Part shown: piece by piece, positions 7,405 through 16,091 of the stretch
How positions within the stretch are numbered: position 1 is the stretch's first letter
How the letters are laid out: every line of letters begins with the position of its first letter
From: a virus
Lineage: Duplodnaviria; Caudoviricetes
DNA: 42,893 bases
Strand: one strand, 5' to 3'
Virus record (IMG/VR): IMGVR_UViG_3300010362_000008
Location: 1-42,893 of that record
Made by a program: the position numbers and the translations under genes
The notes under the pieces: model-generated
What the model was told of the DNA's origin: nothing
The model's input: only the letters and a program-made list of their open reading frames with translations
Database searches by the model: none

Positions 7405-9526
7405 CTCTAAGGGAGGGGTGACGTTCAAACAGTGCCGATCCCTTCCGGCCGGTGCCGGCGTAACCCCGCTCCGTGCGGCGTATGAAGCCGTGCTGCGTGA
7501 GGAGCCGGAACGCGGGCCAGAGGGCATCCGGGTTGGCGAACGACGAATGCAGAGCACGGTAGGCGTCGCGGAGGCTGAATGCGTCCTCCTCGTTGCGCTC
7601 GACGAAGGCCAGCACCTTCTTGGCATCGCGAAGGCTCGTCTCGTGGCCGGTGAGGCGCCAGACGCGGCGGGCATGGCCGAAGAAGTATTTCGCCAGGGCC
7701 GCGCCCCGGCGCATGGATTCGTCATCCAGAAACGGCCCCAACTCCTCCCCGCAGGCCCGCCGGGCGGTGAAGAACACGACCGCCAGGCGCCCGGCCAGTC
7801 CGCGGATCTTGGCCGCGGGGCCGCGCAGCTCTTCGGGGAACTCCGGCCCGTTGACCGCACCGGCCAACCATTTCGTCCACTCGACCCACACGCCCCACGC
7901 GCGGGCGTCGAGCTTCAGGAAGTGCGGTCGGGTGGTCGTGCCCTCCTCGTGCATCGTGAGGGCGTAGAGCGCCCCGACGACACGCGCCCAGCCGGTGCGC
8001 AGCTCGCACGGCACGCTCGCGCCGTTCTCGCCGGCCATTGGCAAGGGGTCGGGGTAGCAGAAGAGGAACCGGTCGAAGAGGCCGTCGTCGGAGTCGGCGG
8101 TATAGCGGGCCAACACCGTGGGCTGGATGCCGCCCGTGATCGAGAGGCACGGGTGGGGGACGAACACTTCCTCCGCGTCCTTGTCCTTGCGGCCGACCTG
8201 CACCGGCGTGCCGGAATGGGCCTTCAGGTAGAACGAGCGGTCGGCGCCCTGGCCCTTGGCCTTGTACTGGTTGAAGCCACCCAGAAGGGCCGAGAGCTCG
8301 TCGCGGACCATGAGCAGTCCGCGGGGCCACTTCTGGAGGTACTCCGTCATCTTCTCGACCGTCGCGTCGTCCACGAACGCCGGCGCCTTGATGCCGGCCT
8401 CGCGCCGCTTGACCTGCTCGGCCACAAGCGGCGGAATCAGGTGCGAGAGCGCCGGGGTCTTCCCGTCGCCCTTGCGGGCGACTGCGGCGGTGTAGAGCGA
8501 GGTCGGCTCGGTGTACCCTTCCTTCACGTCCAGTGCGTAGGCCGCACCGATGGCGCCCGAGAGGATGCCGATTGCCATTGTCCCGACGTAGTCCGGCGGG
8601 GAGTTCGTCGCGGTCCCGACCGCCCGGAAGAACCGCGCGAGCGCGTCGGGGAAGAGATCGGCCGGAAAGGGCGGCACCTGGATGCCCGATTCCAGGGGGA
8701 TGGGGTCGTCCCACGGTTCGGCCTGCGGGTGCGCCGTGCGGTAGGCCAATGCCGCCAACTGGATCGCGTCGTTGCCCGGCGTCCGCAGCCAGTCGGACAC
8801 GTCGCCCTTCTCGGGCAGGTCCGGCAGCGGCACCACGACGACCGACGCGGCCACGCTTGTCAGCATCCGCTTGACGGCTTCCGCGTGCTTCTGGCCCGGC
8901 TCGTCGTTGTCCGGCAGGATCACGACCGCCCGGCCCTTGAAGTGCGGGGCGTACTCGGCCTTCCACTTCCCCGCGCCCATCGGATTGGTCGTGGCGACCA
9001 GTCCCAGCGCCGCAAGCGCGTCGGCGTCCTTCTCGCCCTCGACGATGTAGACGGGCACGTCGGCACCCGAGGCGAGCAGTTCGGGGAGCCGGTAGGGCAC
9101 AAGCGCCACACCGCGGAGGTTCCATTCCCACCCGCCGCGGCCGTCGGGTTTGCGCTGGCGGAAGTCCTTGGGCGCACAGAGGCGCACTGTCTGGAACGCC
9201 ACAACCCCGGCCGCGTTGCGGTAGTCGTAGGTGCAAACAATGCGGTCCTCGAAGGGCGTGTCGCTCGGGGCGTCCCCGTCGAAGAGATCCGCGAGCGAGA
9301 GCCCCAACGCCGCGCAGATGTCCTTGGCCGGACACTGCCGGCTGCGGCACTGGAAAAGCACCCGCCCGCCATCGCCCGCGCGGACGTCGAGACTCGGGTG
9401 CGTGTCCGCATGCGCCGGGCAGAGGCAGCGGTACTCGGTGCCGCGTTTCTCGACCGGGCCGCGCCCTTCGAGGAGTGTCAGCACCCGCGCGAGCGCCTTA
9501 CCATTCGTGTGAATCGTGCCAGTCAT
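7379..9526 (-). CDS. Primase (Zn-binding plus TOPRIM) fused to a DUF3987-type NTPase/helicase-like domain
   Basis: CPAHAD...FQCRSRQC; TOPRIM IVEGEKDA and LPDNDEPG; KGDGKT, DATVEK, RDELS, GGIQP, DGLFDRFL. Confidence 0.85.
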   Translation of the reverse strand: MTGTIHTNGKALARVLTLLEGRGPVEKRGTEYRCLCPAHADTHPSLDVRAGDGGRVLFQCRSRQCPAKDICAALGLSLADLFDGDAPSDTPFEDRIVCTYDYRNAAGVVAFQTVRLCAPKDFRQRKPDGRGGWEWNLRGVALVPYRLPELLASGADVPVYIVEGEKDADALAALGLVATTNPMGAGKWKAEYAPHFKGRAVVILPDNDEPGQKHAEAVKRMLTSVAASVVVVPLPDLPEKGDVSDWLRTPGNDAIQLAALAYRTAHPQAEPWDDPIPLESGIQVPPFPADLFPDALARFFRAVGTATNSPPDYVGTMAIGILSGAIGAAYALDVKEGYTEPTSLYTAAVARKGDGKTPALSHLIPPLVAEQVKRREAGIKAPAFVDDATVEKMTEYLQKWPRGLLMVRDELSALLGGFNQYKAKGQGADRSFYLKAHSGTPVQVGRKDKDAEEVFVPHPCLSITGGIQPTVLARYTADSDDGLFDRFLFCYPDPLPMAGENGASVPCELRTGWARVVGALYALTMHEEGTTTRPHFLKLDARAWGVWVEWTKWLAGAVNGPEFPEELRGPAAKIRGLAGRLAVVFFTARRACGEELGPFLDDESMRRGAALAKYFFGHARRVWRLTGHETSLRDAKKVLAFVERNEEDAFSLRDAYRALHSSFANPDALWPAFRLLTQHGFIRRTERGYAGTGRKGSALFERHPSLRDTAQKRQK

Positions 9527-10305
9527 GTTGAAGCTACCCCCAAAGTTCCCAGTTCACTCGCGGCCACCGCCCCGGCGTTTGCGACCACGTCCACGCCCGC
9601 CGCGAGCACGCCCGCGCGGATGAGCCGCGCCCGTTCCAGAAGCGCCGCGGCGACGGCCTTCCGGGCGCGGGCCTCGGCGTCGTGGCCGCGCCAGAGGGTG
9701 AGACGGGCACCATCTTCGCGCGAGCCGAAGTCGTCGCTCGTGATGAAATCGATCGCCGGCCCGATGGTATCGCGATTGATGAGACGATCGCCGTATTCGT
9801 TGGTCAGCCGCGCGAAGCCCCTCAGCTCCGGCGCCACAAACGGCTGGTCGGCCACCAGAAGCGGCAGGACGAGGTCCGCGAATTGCCACGCGTCGAACAC
9901 GGCCCGACCCACGAAGCCGCGGAAGAACTCGATTTCGCAGGTCTGCGGCTCGGTCCAGTGTGCCGGCCACCCGAAGACGCGCAACCAGCGCCCGCGGCGA
10001 TCAACCGCCCACAAATGATGCGCCTCGCGTTCGCGCTCGATCCACGCGGCCAACTCCGGCACGAGCCGCTTCCAGTTCGCGGCCTTCGGGGTGACGCTGT
10101 CCGGGTCTCGCTCCCAGAGCCACTTCCCCGCCTTCACGGGTAGCGCCCGGCCGCCCCGGCACGAGAGGCGCACAAACTCCGCACACGCGCGCCACTGGTC
10201 GGGCGCGTCCTCCTGCTCGTCGAGCCAGTCGGCGAAGGCCAGCCGGGCGGTGTCGTCCTCGGGTGCGGCGCGGATGGCCGCCAGGAAGGCGTCGTGTTCG
10301 CTCAT
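9523..10305 (-). CDS. TIGR02996-like domain protein B
   Basis: MSEHDAFLAAIRAAPEDDTARLAFADWLDEQ and FFRGFV; start trimmed to ATG 10305. Confidence 0.9.
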   Translation of the reverse strand: MSEHDAFLAAIRAAPEDDTARLAFADWLDEQEDAPDQWRACAEFVRLSCRGGRALPVKAGKWLWERDPDSVTPKAANWKRLVPELAAWIEREREAHHLWAVDRRGRWLRVFGWPAHWTEPQTCEIEFFRGFVGRAVFDAWQFADLVLPLLVADQPFVAPELRGFARLTNEYGDRLINRDTIGPAIDFITSDDFGSREDGARLTLWRGHDAEARARKAVAAALLERARLIRAGVLAAGVDVVANAGAVAASELGTLGVAST

Positions 10306-10721
10306 GCCGCGGCCCCCTGTGCGAGCAGTTGGGCGCGGCGGGCGGCGGGGAGTTTGGCGAAGGCCAGCGCGGCTCCGTCTTCGGACTCGCGGCGCTTCTT
10401 CTTGCGTTTCCAAATGGGGCGGTTGGTATCCTGCCAATCAAGTTTCGGGTCAAACGGCAGTAACAGAAACCAATCCGTGGGAAGAAGACATGAGCGATTA
10501 GCCATCACCCAATCAGGGTCGCCCATTGCCGGGTGGTTTGTGCCGCCCCAAGTTGACTGGCTCGCTGTCGTTGCCGGGTAGACACGACATGCCGCCAGCG
10601 CCCGATACCCTTCGGCCCGCGGGTCGTCGCGCTCGTCGAGCCAATCCGCGAACACCAGCCGCGTTTGCCAGTCGTTAGGGTGCAGGTCGAGCGCGTCGTT
10701 GAAGTCTTGCTCGGTGGTCAT
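10302..10721 (-). CDS. TIGR02996-like domain protein C
   Basis: MTTEQDFNDALDLHPNDWQTRLVFADWLDERDDPRAE; start trimmed to ATG 10721. Confidence 0.85.
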   Translation of the reverse strand: MTTEQDFNDALDLHPNDWQTRLVFADWLDERDDPRAEGYRALAACRVYPATTASQSTWGGTNHPAMGDPDWVMANRSCLLPTDWFLLLPFDPKLDWQDTNRPIWKRKKKRRESEDGAALAFAKLPAARRAQLLAQGAAA

Positions 10722-11176
10722 TACGCCCTCCCCTCGAAGCGAATGACGTTCACACCCACGCGGTACTCCCGCTCGAACTCCACCGCCAAAAAGCCGCACG
10801 CGCGCAAGAACTGCTGCGCCGAGAGGTGCTCCTCGTGGACGACGACCGCGATTCGCGAGCGGCGGTGGGTGCCGCAGCGGACGAACAGGCGGTCGACCAG
10901 GTGCGAGCCGATGCCGCGGCGCCGGTAAGCCGGGTGGACGGCCAGGCGCACAAGCGAAAGCGCCTCCGGGCGGACCTCGTAGACCATGTACCCGACGACC
11001 ACACCGCGGAGGAGCACGCTACAGCACTCGCTGGAATCGATGCGGCGCAGGTGGTGGAGGAAGTCCGCTTCGAGCCACGGCCGGGCGGTCTCGGCCCGCT
11101 CGATGGCGCAGACGTGGGGCAGGTCGCCGCGGCACATCAGGCGCACGCCCAGTTGGGCCTTGAGGTCGGTTCTCAC
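10721..11176 (-). CDS. RimI-like GNAT N-acetyltransferase
   Basis: DLPHVCAIE...PW, VVGYMVYE, acetyl-CoA motif LAVHPAYRRRGIG; GTG start 11176. Confidence 0.85.
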   Translation of the reverse strand: MRTDLKAQLGVRLMCRGDLPHVCAIERAETARPWLEADFLHHLRRIDSSECCSVLLRGVVVGYMVYEVRPEALSLVRLAVHPAYRRRGIGSHLVDRLFVRCGTHRRSRIAVVVHEEHLSAQQFLRACGFLAVEFEREYRVGVNVIRFEGRA

Positions 11177-11367
11177 GCGCGTTTCCTCCTGGGTTCCTCG
11201 GCGCTGCGGACGGCTTCCGCCACTTCGGCCCGCTCGACGGCCACGGCCTCGGGGTGTTCGATTTCGAGCAGGCACCGGCCGTCGTCGGTGACGAGTACCA
11301 CCGTCACGCGAGCGGTGCCGACGAGGAGCGTCTCGCCGGGCCGTCTCTGGAGCAGGGTCGTTTGCAT
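11173..11367 (-). CDS. CsrA/RsmA-like protein (copy 1)
   Basis: LLQRRPGETLLVG...VTVV...LEIEHPEAVAVERAEV follows the CsrA pattern; 64 aa; GGAGG RBS. Confidence 0.7.
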   Translation of the reverse strand: MQTTLLQRRPGETLLVGTARVTVVLVTDDGRCLLEIEHPEAVAVERAEVAEAVRSAEEPRRKRA

Positions 11368-11381
11368 GTTCCCTCCGTGGG

Positions 11382-11924
11382 TTAAATCAACTCCGTGAAG
11401 CGCGTGAGAAACTCGCGTTCGGCCCGTTCGGGCATCCACGGCTCGATGGCGCACGGGAGCGGGGCCGGACCATCCATCCACTTGAGTTCGATGTTGAAGA
11501 GAACCTTCTCCGTGTAGAGCGCGCGCACGTCGATTTCCTTGACGATGGGCGGCATCTGCGGCGCGAGTCCGAACCGGGCGCACACTGCGTCCATCACGCG
11601 GTCTTCGGCGTCGTGGTAGAACATTTGCCCCGCTGCTTTGAGCGACCGCTTCACAGGCGCGCAGAGGTCCGAGAGGTAGGCTTCGGCGGCATCGTGTAGC
11701 AGGCCCCAGAGCCGGTATTGCGGCGGGCAGTGTTCCATCACCATGACGGAGTGTTGCGCGACCGAGTAGAACTCCCGGATGTGCCCACAGAATCGGCACG
11801 TGAGCGAGAGCGCGTGCGCGATGTCCCGTATGTCCACGTCTTCGGGGCGCGGGTCCAGGGGCCAGAACTTGCGCCCGGTGTAGGTCTGAATCCAGTCGCC
11901 TTTACGCTCTTCGGATTGCATCAC
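11382..11924 (-). CDS. HD-domain phosphohydrolase (YfbR-like 5'-deoxynucleotidase)
   Basis: DIAHALS...RFCGH...YSVAQHS...LLHDAAEAY.SD. Confidence 0.9.
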   Translation of the reverse strand: MMQSEERKGDWIQTYTGRKFWPLDPRPEDVDIRDIAHALSLTCRFCGHIREFYSVAQHSVMVMEHCPPQYRLWGLLHDAAEAYLSDLCAPVKRSLKAAGQMFYHDAEDRVMDAVCARFGLAPQMPPIVKEIDVRALYTEKVLFNIELKWMDGPAPLPCAIEPWMPERAEREFLTRFTELI

Positions 11925-12205
11925 TCGCCTCCTTCTCGGGGTTCCGTCGCGTGGCCGTCCAGGCGCGCCGTCTCGGCCGGGCCGAGCAGTTCGGCCGAGA
12001 GGCGCAGGAGTTCGCGGGCAAACGCGCGGACCTCCGCGGCCGTGGCCAGTCCGCTGACCGCGTGAACGTGGTTGACGCTCGCCACACCCAGCGCCACCCG
12101 CCCGGCGATCGGGAACGCCCAGAGGACCGCGGCGTTATCAATGGGCAGCGGCGCGCCTTCGGGAACCCACGGGTAGAGCGACAGGCCAGCAGAGTCGGGG
12201 TTCAT
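11921..12205 (-). CDS. Hypothetical protein
   Basis: AGGAG RBS; fits between neighbours. Confidence 0.6.
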   Translation of the reverse strand: MNPDSAGLSLYPWVPEGAPLPIDNAAVLWAFPIAGRVALGVASVNHVHAVSGLATAAEVRAFARELLRLSAELLGPAETARLDGHATEPREGGE

Positions 12206-12206
12206 C

Positions 12207-12788
12207 TCAGGCTCCTTTTCGTAGGCGGCGGTGGGCGCGGGAGACGAGCTGGCCCGCGTGGGCCTTGGCCAGGCCGAAGCGGTGACCGGTGCGCTCCAGC
12301 GTCACGCAATCGCAGCGGGTGTAGTACGCCCGGACGACCTCCCGCCACGTCGGCGGCAAAAGCGCCAAGAGAGCGCGGACGCCCTCGGCGCTCTCCAGTT
12401 CCCACCCGACGGGCAGTTCCTCGGAGGCGACCAGTTCCGCGCGCGTGCGCCCGCACTCCCGCTCGGCGTCCAGGGGCAGAATTGCCGGAGTGCCCGGTGC
12501 GCCCGGCTCGCGGCGGAACCCCTTGGGCCGCTCCGCACGGGCCACGTTGAGTAGCGCACGGGTGATGCAGACGGAGGCGAGCTTCTTGAAGGGGCCGACG
12601 GCGGGGTCGTACCTCTGGGCCGCGATGCAGAGGTAGAGGAGCGCGTCGCCGTAGAAGGCGTCGAACATCCCCTCGGGCCACGCCCGCGCGAACTTCCGGG
12701 CGAGCGCCTCCGCGAGATCCATGTGCGCGGCGGCCAGTTCGCGCTGGGGTTCGGTGAGGGGCCGGGGTGTCCGTTCGGGCGCGGGCAT
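12207..12788 (-). CDS. Phage-encoded sigma-70-family sigma factor (regions 2 and 4)
   Basis: Region 2-like LCIAAQRYDPAVGPFKKLASVCITRALLN; region 4-like LPPTWREVV...TLERTGHRFGLAKAHAGQLVSRAHRRLR. Confidence 0.8.
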   Translation of the reverse strand: MPAPERTPRPLTEPQRELAAAHMDLAEALARKFARAWPEGMFDAFYGDALLYLCIAAQRYDPAVGPFKKLASVCITRALLNVARAERPKGFRREPGAPGTPAILPLDAERECGRTRAELVASEELPVGWELESAEGVRALLALLPPTWREVVRAYYTRCDCVTLERTGHRFGLAKAHAGQLVSRAHRRLRKGA

Positions 12789-12791
12789 GAC

Positions 12792-13451
12792 TCAGACCTC
12801 CGTGAACAGGCTCGGTTGATGCTTGACGCGGTAGAGCGCCCGGTCGATCCAGCGAATGCCTTTTCCGATTCGCTTTTCGCCCCATCGGCTCCAGCCGCTT
12901 CCGTCGATCGAATCGACCACGCCCCAACGGGCAATAAGGTTGATGCGCGCTTTGGTGTTCACGCGGCCGACGTGAACCAGCTTCCCGCGTTCCTTCGCCT
13001 CTCGGCAAAAACTCTCCGCGTGTTCGGATTCCTTCCAGGCCGATGAACCGCCGACAAACACCGCGGAGATTTCGTCCCACGTGGAAGGCAGGGCCGAACG
13101 CCACTTGAACCGCTCCAGACCATCTTGGAGCACGAGGGCCACGGGCAGGCCGAGCGAACGGAGCACCGGCGCCCACAGGTGGTACAGCCGCCACGTCTCG
13201 CCTGCGTCCGCGACCGTGTCGGGGCACGTCACCCAAAGGGGCTTCCGGTCGGAGCCTGCGAGCCGGGCGAGTAGCCGCAACCACTTCGGGGCGTTGAGTC
13301 CTCCGAAGCAGGAGTTGTCGCACGCCCACAGCTGATCGTTCGGGGGTAGCGCGTTGCCGGCCTCGGGGGTGAGCAGTGCGCCGATTCGTTCGGGGCGCTT
13401 CTCACTCCAACGGGCGACCGTCTCCGTGCATCCCGAAACCAGGATTCTCAT
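12792..13451 (-). CDS. TGT/DpdA-like (guanine transglycosylase-type) protein
   Basis: DNSCF, CPDTVAD, VLQDG, FVGGS, VHVGRVN and DSIDGSG resemble small phage TGT-fold enzymes. Confidence 0.6.
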   Translation of the reverse strand: MRILVSGCTETVARWSEKRPERIGALLTPEAGNALPPNDQLWACDNSCFGGLNAPKWLRLLARLAGSDRKPLWVTCPDTVADAGETWRLYHLWAPVLRSLGLPVALVLQDGLERFKWRSALPSTWDEISAVFVGGSSAWKESEHAESFCREAKERGKLVHVGRVNTKARINLIARWGVVDSIDGSGWSRWGEKRIGKGIRWIDRALYRVKHQPSLFTEV

Positions 13452-13654
13452 GGGTTGGCCCGGTTATCCTTGGCCTTGGTTTTGGCCCACCGCGCGGCCC
13501 ACGCGAGCAGGTCCGGGATGCACTCGCCCGCGGTCGCCCGGACGGGTTGGGCCACCAGATGCGAGCAACTGGCCGAATAGGTGCCGTCGTGGAACCGGTT
13601 AATGAGCGCCGCGCAGAGCAGGTCGAACGCGGCGGCCTTCTCCTCGGTGGTCAT
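13448..13654 (-). CDS. Hypothetical protein (68 aa)
   Basis: ATG 13654 with AAGGA RBS; coupled to the next gene. Confidence 0.6.
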   Translation of the reverse strand: MTTEEKAAAFDLLCAALINRFHDGTYSASCSHLVAQPVRATAGECIPDLLAWAARWAKTKAKDNRANP

Positions 13655-13812
13655 GGCGCGTTCCTTCTCCGGGGACGCCCGAAGGCATCCGGTGGCGTGG
13701 GGTAGGTGCAAGGGAGGCCCGCGGCTCAGGAAGCGAGCGCGGGCCGGGAGACAATGGTGGCGCGGTTCATGGGCGGACTCCGTGAGGACGGCGCGAGTAG
13801 ATTGTGCAGGCC

Positions 13813-13840
13813 ATCGTAAACCGACCTCCGGTGCGGTCAA
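13813..13840 (-). promoter_or_regulatory. Putative sigma70 promoter TTGACC-N16-TACGAT
   Basis: Near-consensus hexamers in the intergenic gap, facing the sigma/CsrA/replication genes. Confidence 0.5.
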
Positions 13841-13849
13841 CGGCCACCG

Positions 13850-13927
13850 GACGAAACCCGCCGAATAGGGTCGAAAACGGTCGAAAACTCCCCAATCGGG
13901 TCGAAAACGGTCGAATCCGGTCAAACC
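13850..13927. repeat. In-phase 10-bp tandem repeats (GGTCGAAAAC consensus)
   Basis: Copies at 13869, 13879 and 13899; variants at 13909 and 13919; degenerate copies between and before. Confidence 0.8.
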
Positions 13928-14187
13928 TTCCGATTCGTCTTGGGCGCCTCCGGTTCCGGATCCTCCTCCGGGGCGGGCGGGGCGAGCCGGGCGATCACGT
14001 CGCGGTGCAAGTAGAACCACGTCACGTCCGTCTTCTTCCACCGCTTCTCGCGGCCGCCCCAGGGAATGCCCGCGGGGAACTCGCCCGCCTCGATGAGCGA
14101 GGCGAGCGCCGCCTCACCCACTCCGAGCGCCCGGCAGACGTCCAGCTTCTCCAGGTACTCCGGCACCGGCGGGTCGGTGTTGTTCAT
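13921..14187 (-). CDS. AlpA/excisionase-like winged-HTH protein
   Basis: YLEKLDVCRALGVGEAALASLIEAGEFPAGIPWGGREKRWKKTDV. Confidence 0.75.
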   Translation of the reverse strand: MNNTDPPVPEYLEKLDVCRALGVGEAALASLIEAGEFPAGIPWGGREKRWKKTDVTWFYLHRDVIARLAPPAPEEDPEPEAPKTNRKV

Positions 14188-14482
14188 CGGTGCCGACCTC
14201 CGGGCGCTCGTGGGCAATCGAGAATGCGTGTTTGCACACGCGCTGCGTGCCGACCGTGTACCGCCGGCCCTTGCCGCCGCGGTCGAACTTGAAGGCGCTA
14301 CAGGTGCAGGTGAAGCGCCCCGTCGGGTATTCGCTGACCCGGTAGATCGTGCCGTCTTCCTTCACGAGTTCGAACGCCTTCCACTCCTTGCCCTGTGCCG
14401 GAACCGCCCGGCAGACGTAAGGCGAATCGGTGCCGTCGGGGTCGGTCACGGTGACGGCGGGTTGTCCATAGACGGTCGGCAT
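14114..14482 (-). CDS. SWIM-type zinc-finger protein
   Basis: CTC...CKH motif. Confidence 0.7.
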   Translation of the reverse strand: MPTVYGQPAVTVTDPDGTDSPYVCRAVPAQGKEWKAFELVKEDGTIYRVSEYPTGRFTCTCSAFKFDRGGKGRRYTVGTQRVCKHAFSIAHERPEVGTDEQHRPAGAGVPGEAGRLPGARSG

Positions 14483-14492
14483 GGCTCACTCC

Positions 14493-15194
14493 TCACGCTT
14501 TCGCGGCATCGGGCATCGCACGCAGGGCCGCGACCAGGCCGAAGCGGTGGTTTTCGGGGATGTCCAGCCACTTCGTGCGGCCCTCACCCTCGGCCTTGTA
14601 CGGCGCGGGCGGCTTCAGGTGCGTGTTCATCCACACGCACGCCTGCGCCCACGTCTGGCCCTTGGCTTCGAGCAGTGCGGCGAATGCGGTGCGGCCCTTC
14701 ACGGGGTCGGTTTCCGTGTCCGCGGGCTTGGGTTCGGGCTTGGGCGGGGCCGCGCGCTGCGCCTGTTCGCTCGGGGTGTCGTCGGGGTCGTTGCCCGTCT
14801 CGATCGTGAACGCCTGCCGGAGAGCGTACTTCTGGGCGGCGGTCATGCACTTGTTGGCGCACTTGTCGCCGGAATCGGCCGATTCGCCGAGCGTCACCAC
14901 GTCGAGGTATTCGCCACTGGCCGCGTGGAGGAACCGGTAGGTGATTTTGACCACCATGCGGTTCATGGGCGCACCGCTCTTGGTCGTGTACTGCTCGGCC
15001 GCGAGCATCTCGACACCCACGGGTGCGACCACGATGCCGTGAGAGACGAGTGCGGGCCGTAGGGCGTCGATGAACGCCTCGTCGGAGGCGTAGCGGTATC
15101 CGCCGCCGCCCTGCATCTGCTTGTCCTTCTGCACGTACTTGACCTCGGCCATGACCGCGTTCATCGCGGCAGCGAGGTTCTTGTGGGTCGTCAT
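14493..15194 (-). CDS. erf: ERF-family single-strand annealing recombinase
   Basis: YRYAS...LRPALVSHGI...GESADSGDKCANKCMTAAQKYAL. Confidence 0.85.
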   Translation of the reverse strand: MTTHKNLAAAMNAVMAEVKYVQKDKQMQGGGGYRYASDEAFIDALRPALVSHGIVVAPVGVEMLAAEQYTTKSGAPMNRMVVKITYRFLHAASGEYLDVVTLGESADSGDKCANKCMTAAQKYALRQAFTIETGNDPDDTPSEQAQRAAPPKPEPKPADTETDPVKGRTAFAALLEAKGQTWAQACVWMNTHLKPPAPYKAEGEGRTKWLDIPENHRFGLVAALRAMPDAAKA

Positions 15195-15221
15195 GAGAGA
15201 GGCTCCGAAAGGGTGAAAGGG

Positions 15222-15497
15222 TCAGGCCGCGGCGGGCGCGGCGGGGATGTCCAGCTCGAAGGAGAAGGGCTCGACCGACTGGCCCTTGTCGAACGCCTGC
15301 ACAAACGCGCGGGCCGCGTCGGGCAGGAGCGACCACGTGCCCTCCGGGTCGCCCAGATGCACGAGGAGCGTCACGCCCTTGGTCCCCACGAACCAGCGCT
15401 CACCCGTGGCCCGTTCGAGGGCCAGTGCGATGGGGCAGAGGGTGCAGGCGCTACTCTGGCCGTTGGCGATGTCGGATTCGGTGATGGTGATGGTCAC
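15222..15497 (-). CDS. Hypothetical early protein
   Basis: GTG start with GGAG RBS; TITITESDI...CPIALAL...AFD. Confidence 0.6.
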   Translation of the reverse strand: MTITITESDIANGQSSACTLCPIALALERATGERWFVGTKGVTLLVHLGDPEGTWSLLPDAARAFVQAFDKGQSVEPFSFELDIPAAPAAA

Positions 15498-15502
15498 GGG
15501 TG

Positions 15503-15835
15503 TTACTCCGGGGAGGGTGCTGCTTGTGCCATTGCGACCGCCTGGGCGTGGCCCTGGAGGGCCTCCGGGTGCGAGTGGTAGCGCCACTGCGTTTCGTTGT
15601 GCGGCCCGCCGAAGACCATCGTTTCAAACAGGACGGGTTCGCCTCCGAAGTGGTTGTGGTCGAGAGCGAGGAACACCGTGCTGACCGTGACGCCATCGAA
15701 CTCATCGAGCGCGACGCGCCGCCCGCCTTCAAGGAAGGGCCGTTCCGCCGCCTGCTCGTACCAAGCTGCCCATTCCCACATGCTCTCGACCGGGCGAACC
15801 ACGCCGCCGGGTTCAACGATGTATCGCTTGCTCAC
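15503..15835 (-). CDS. Hypothetical early protein
   Basis: GAGGAG RBS; VSTVFLALDH...LFETMVFGG motif. Confidence 0.7.
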   Translation of the reverse strand: MSKRYIVEPGGVVRPVESMWEWAAWYEQAAERPFLEGGRRVALDEFDGVTVSTVFLALDHNHFGGEPVLFETMVFGGPHNETQWRYHSHPEALQGHAQAVAMAQAAPSPE

Positions 15836-15893
15836 GGGTGCTCCTCGGAGGGTGAATCAGGTTTACACGCAGGTCGGGCGAACCTGCACGCTG

Positions 15894-16091
15894 CTAGAGC
15901 CACGGGCCGAAGATGGCGACCGCGAGCGTGTTGGCCGCGGCGCGCTCGGGCGGGGTCATCGTCTCCCAGAGGGCGTCGCGGGCGTCACCGATGTCCTCGG
16001 CCTCCTCCTCGGTGTCGGCCTCGATGTACTCGGTGGCGATGTGCCGCAGGTAGGCGGCGACGCTGGCCGTGAGGGTCAGTTCGATGGGCAC
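15894..16091 (-). CDS. Hypothetical early protein (65 aa)
   Basis: GTG start with AGGAG RBS. Confidence 0.55.
   Translation of the reverse strand: MPIELTLTASVAAYLRHIATEYIEADTEEEAEDIGDARDALWETMTPPERAAANTLAVAIFGPWL

Noticed and set aside
7376-10018. 880-aa plus-strand ORF and other long antisense ORFs (e.g. 23571-25079, 39410-40987)
   Set aside because: Shadow frames of real high-GC genes with no recognisable motifs
11382-11924. DatZ of a Z-genome (2-aminoadenine) pathway
   Set aside because: No purZ, mazZ or phage DNA polymerase present; an ordinary YfbR-like enzyme is the simpler reading
13850-13927. CRISPR mini-array
   Set aside because: Units are 10 bp and contiguous with no unique spacers; no cas genes seen
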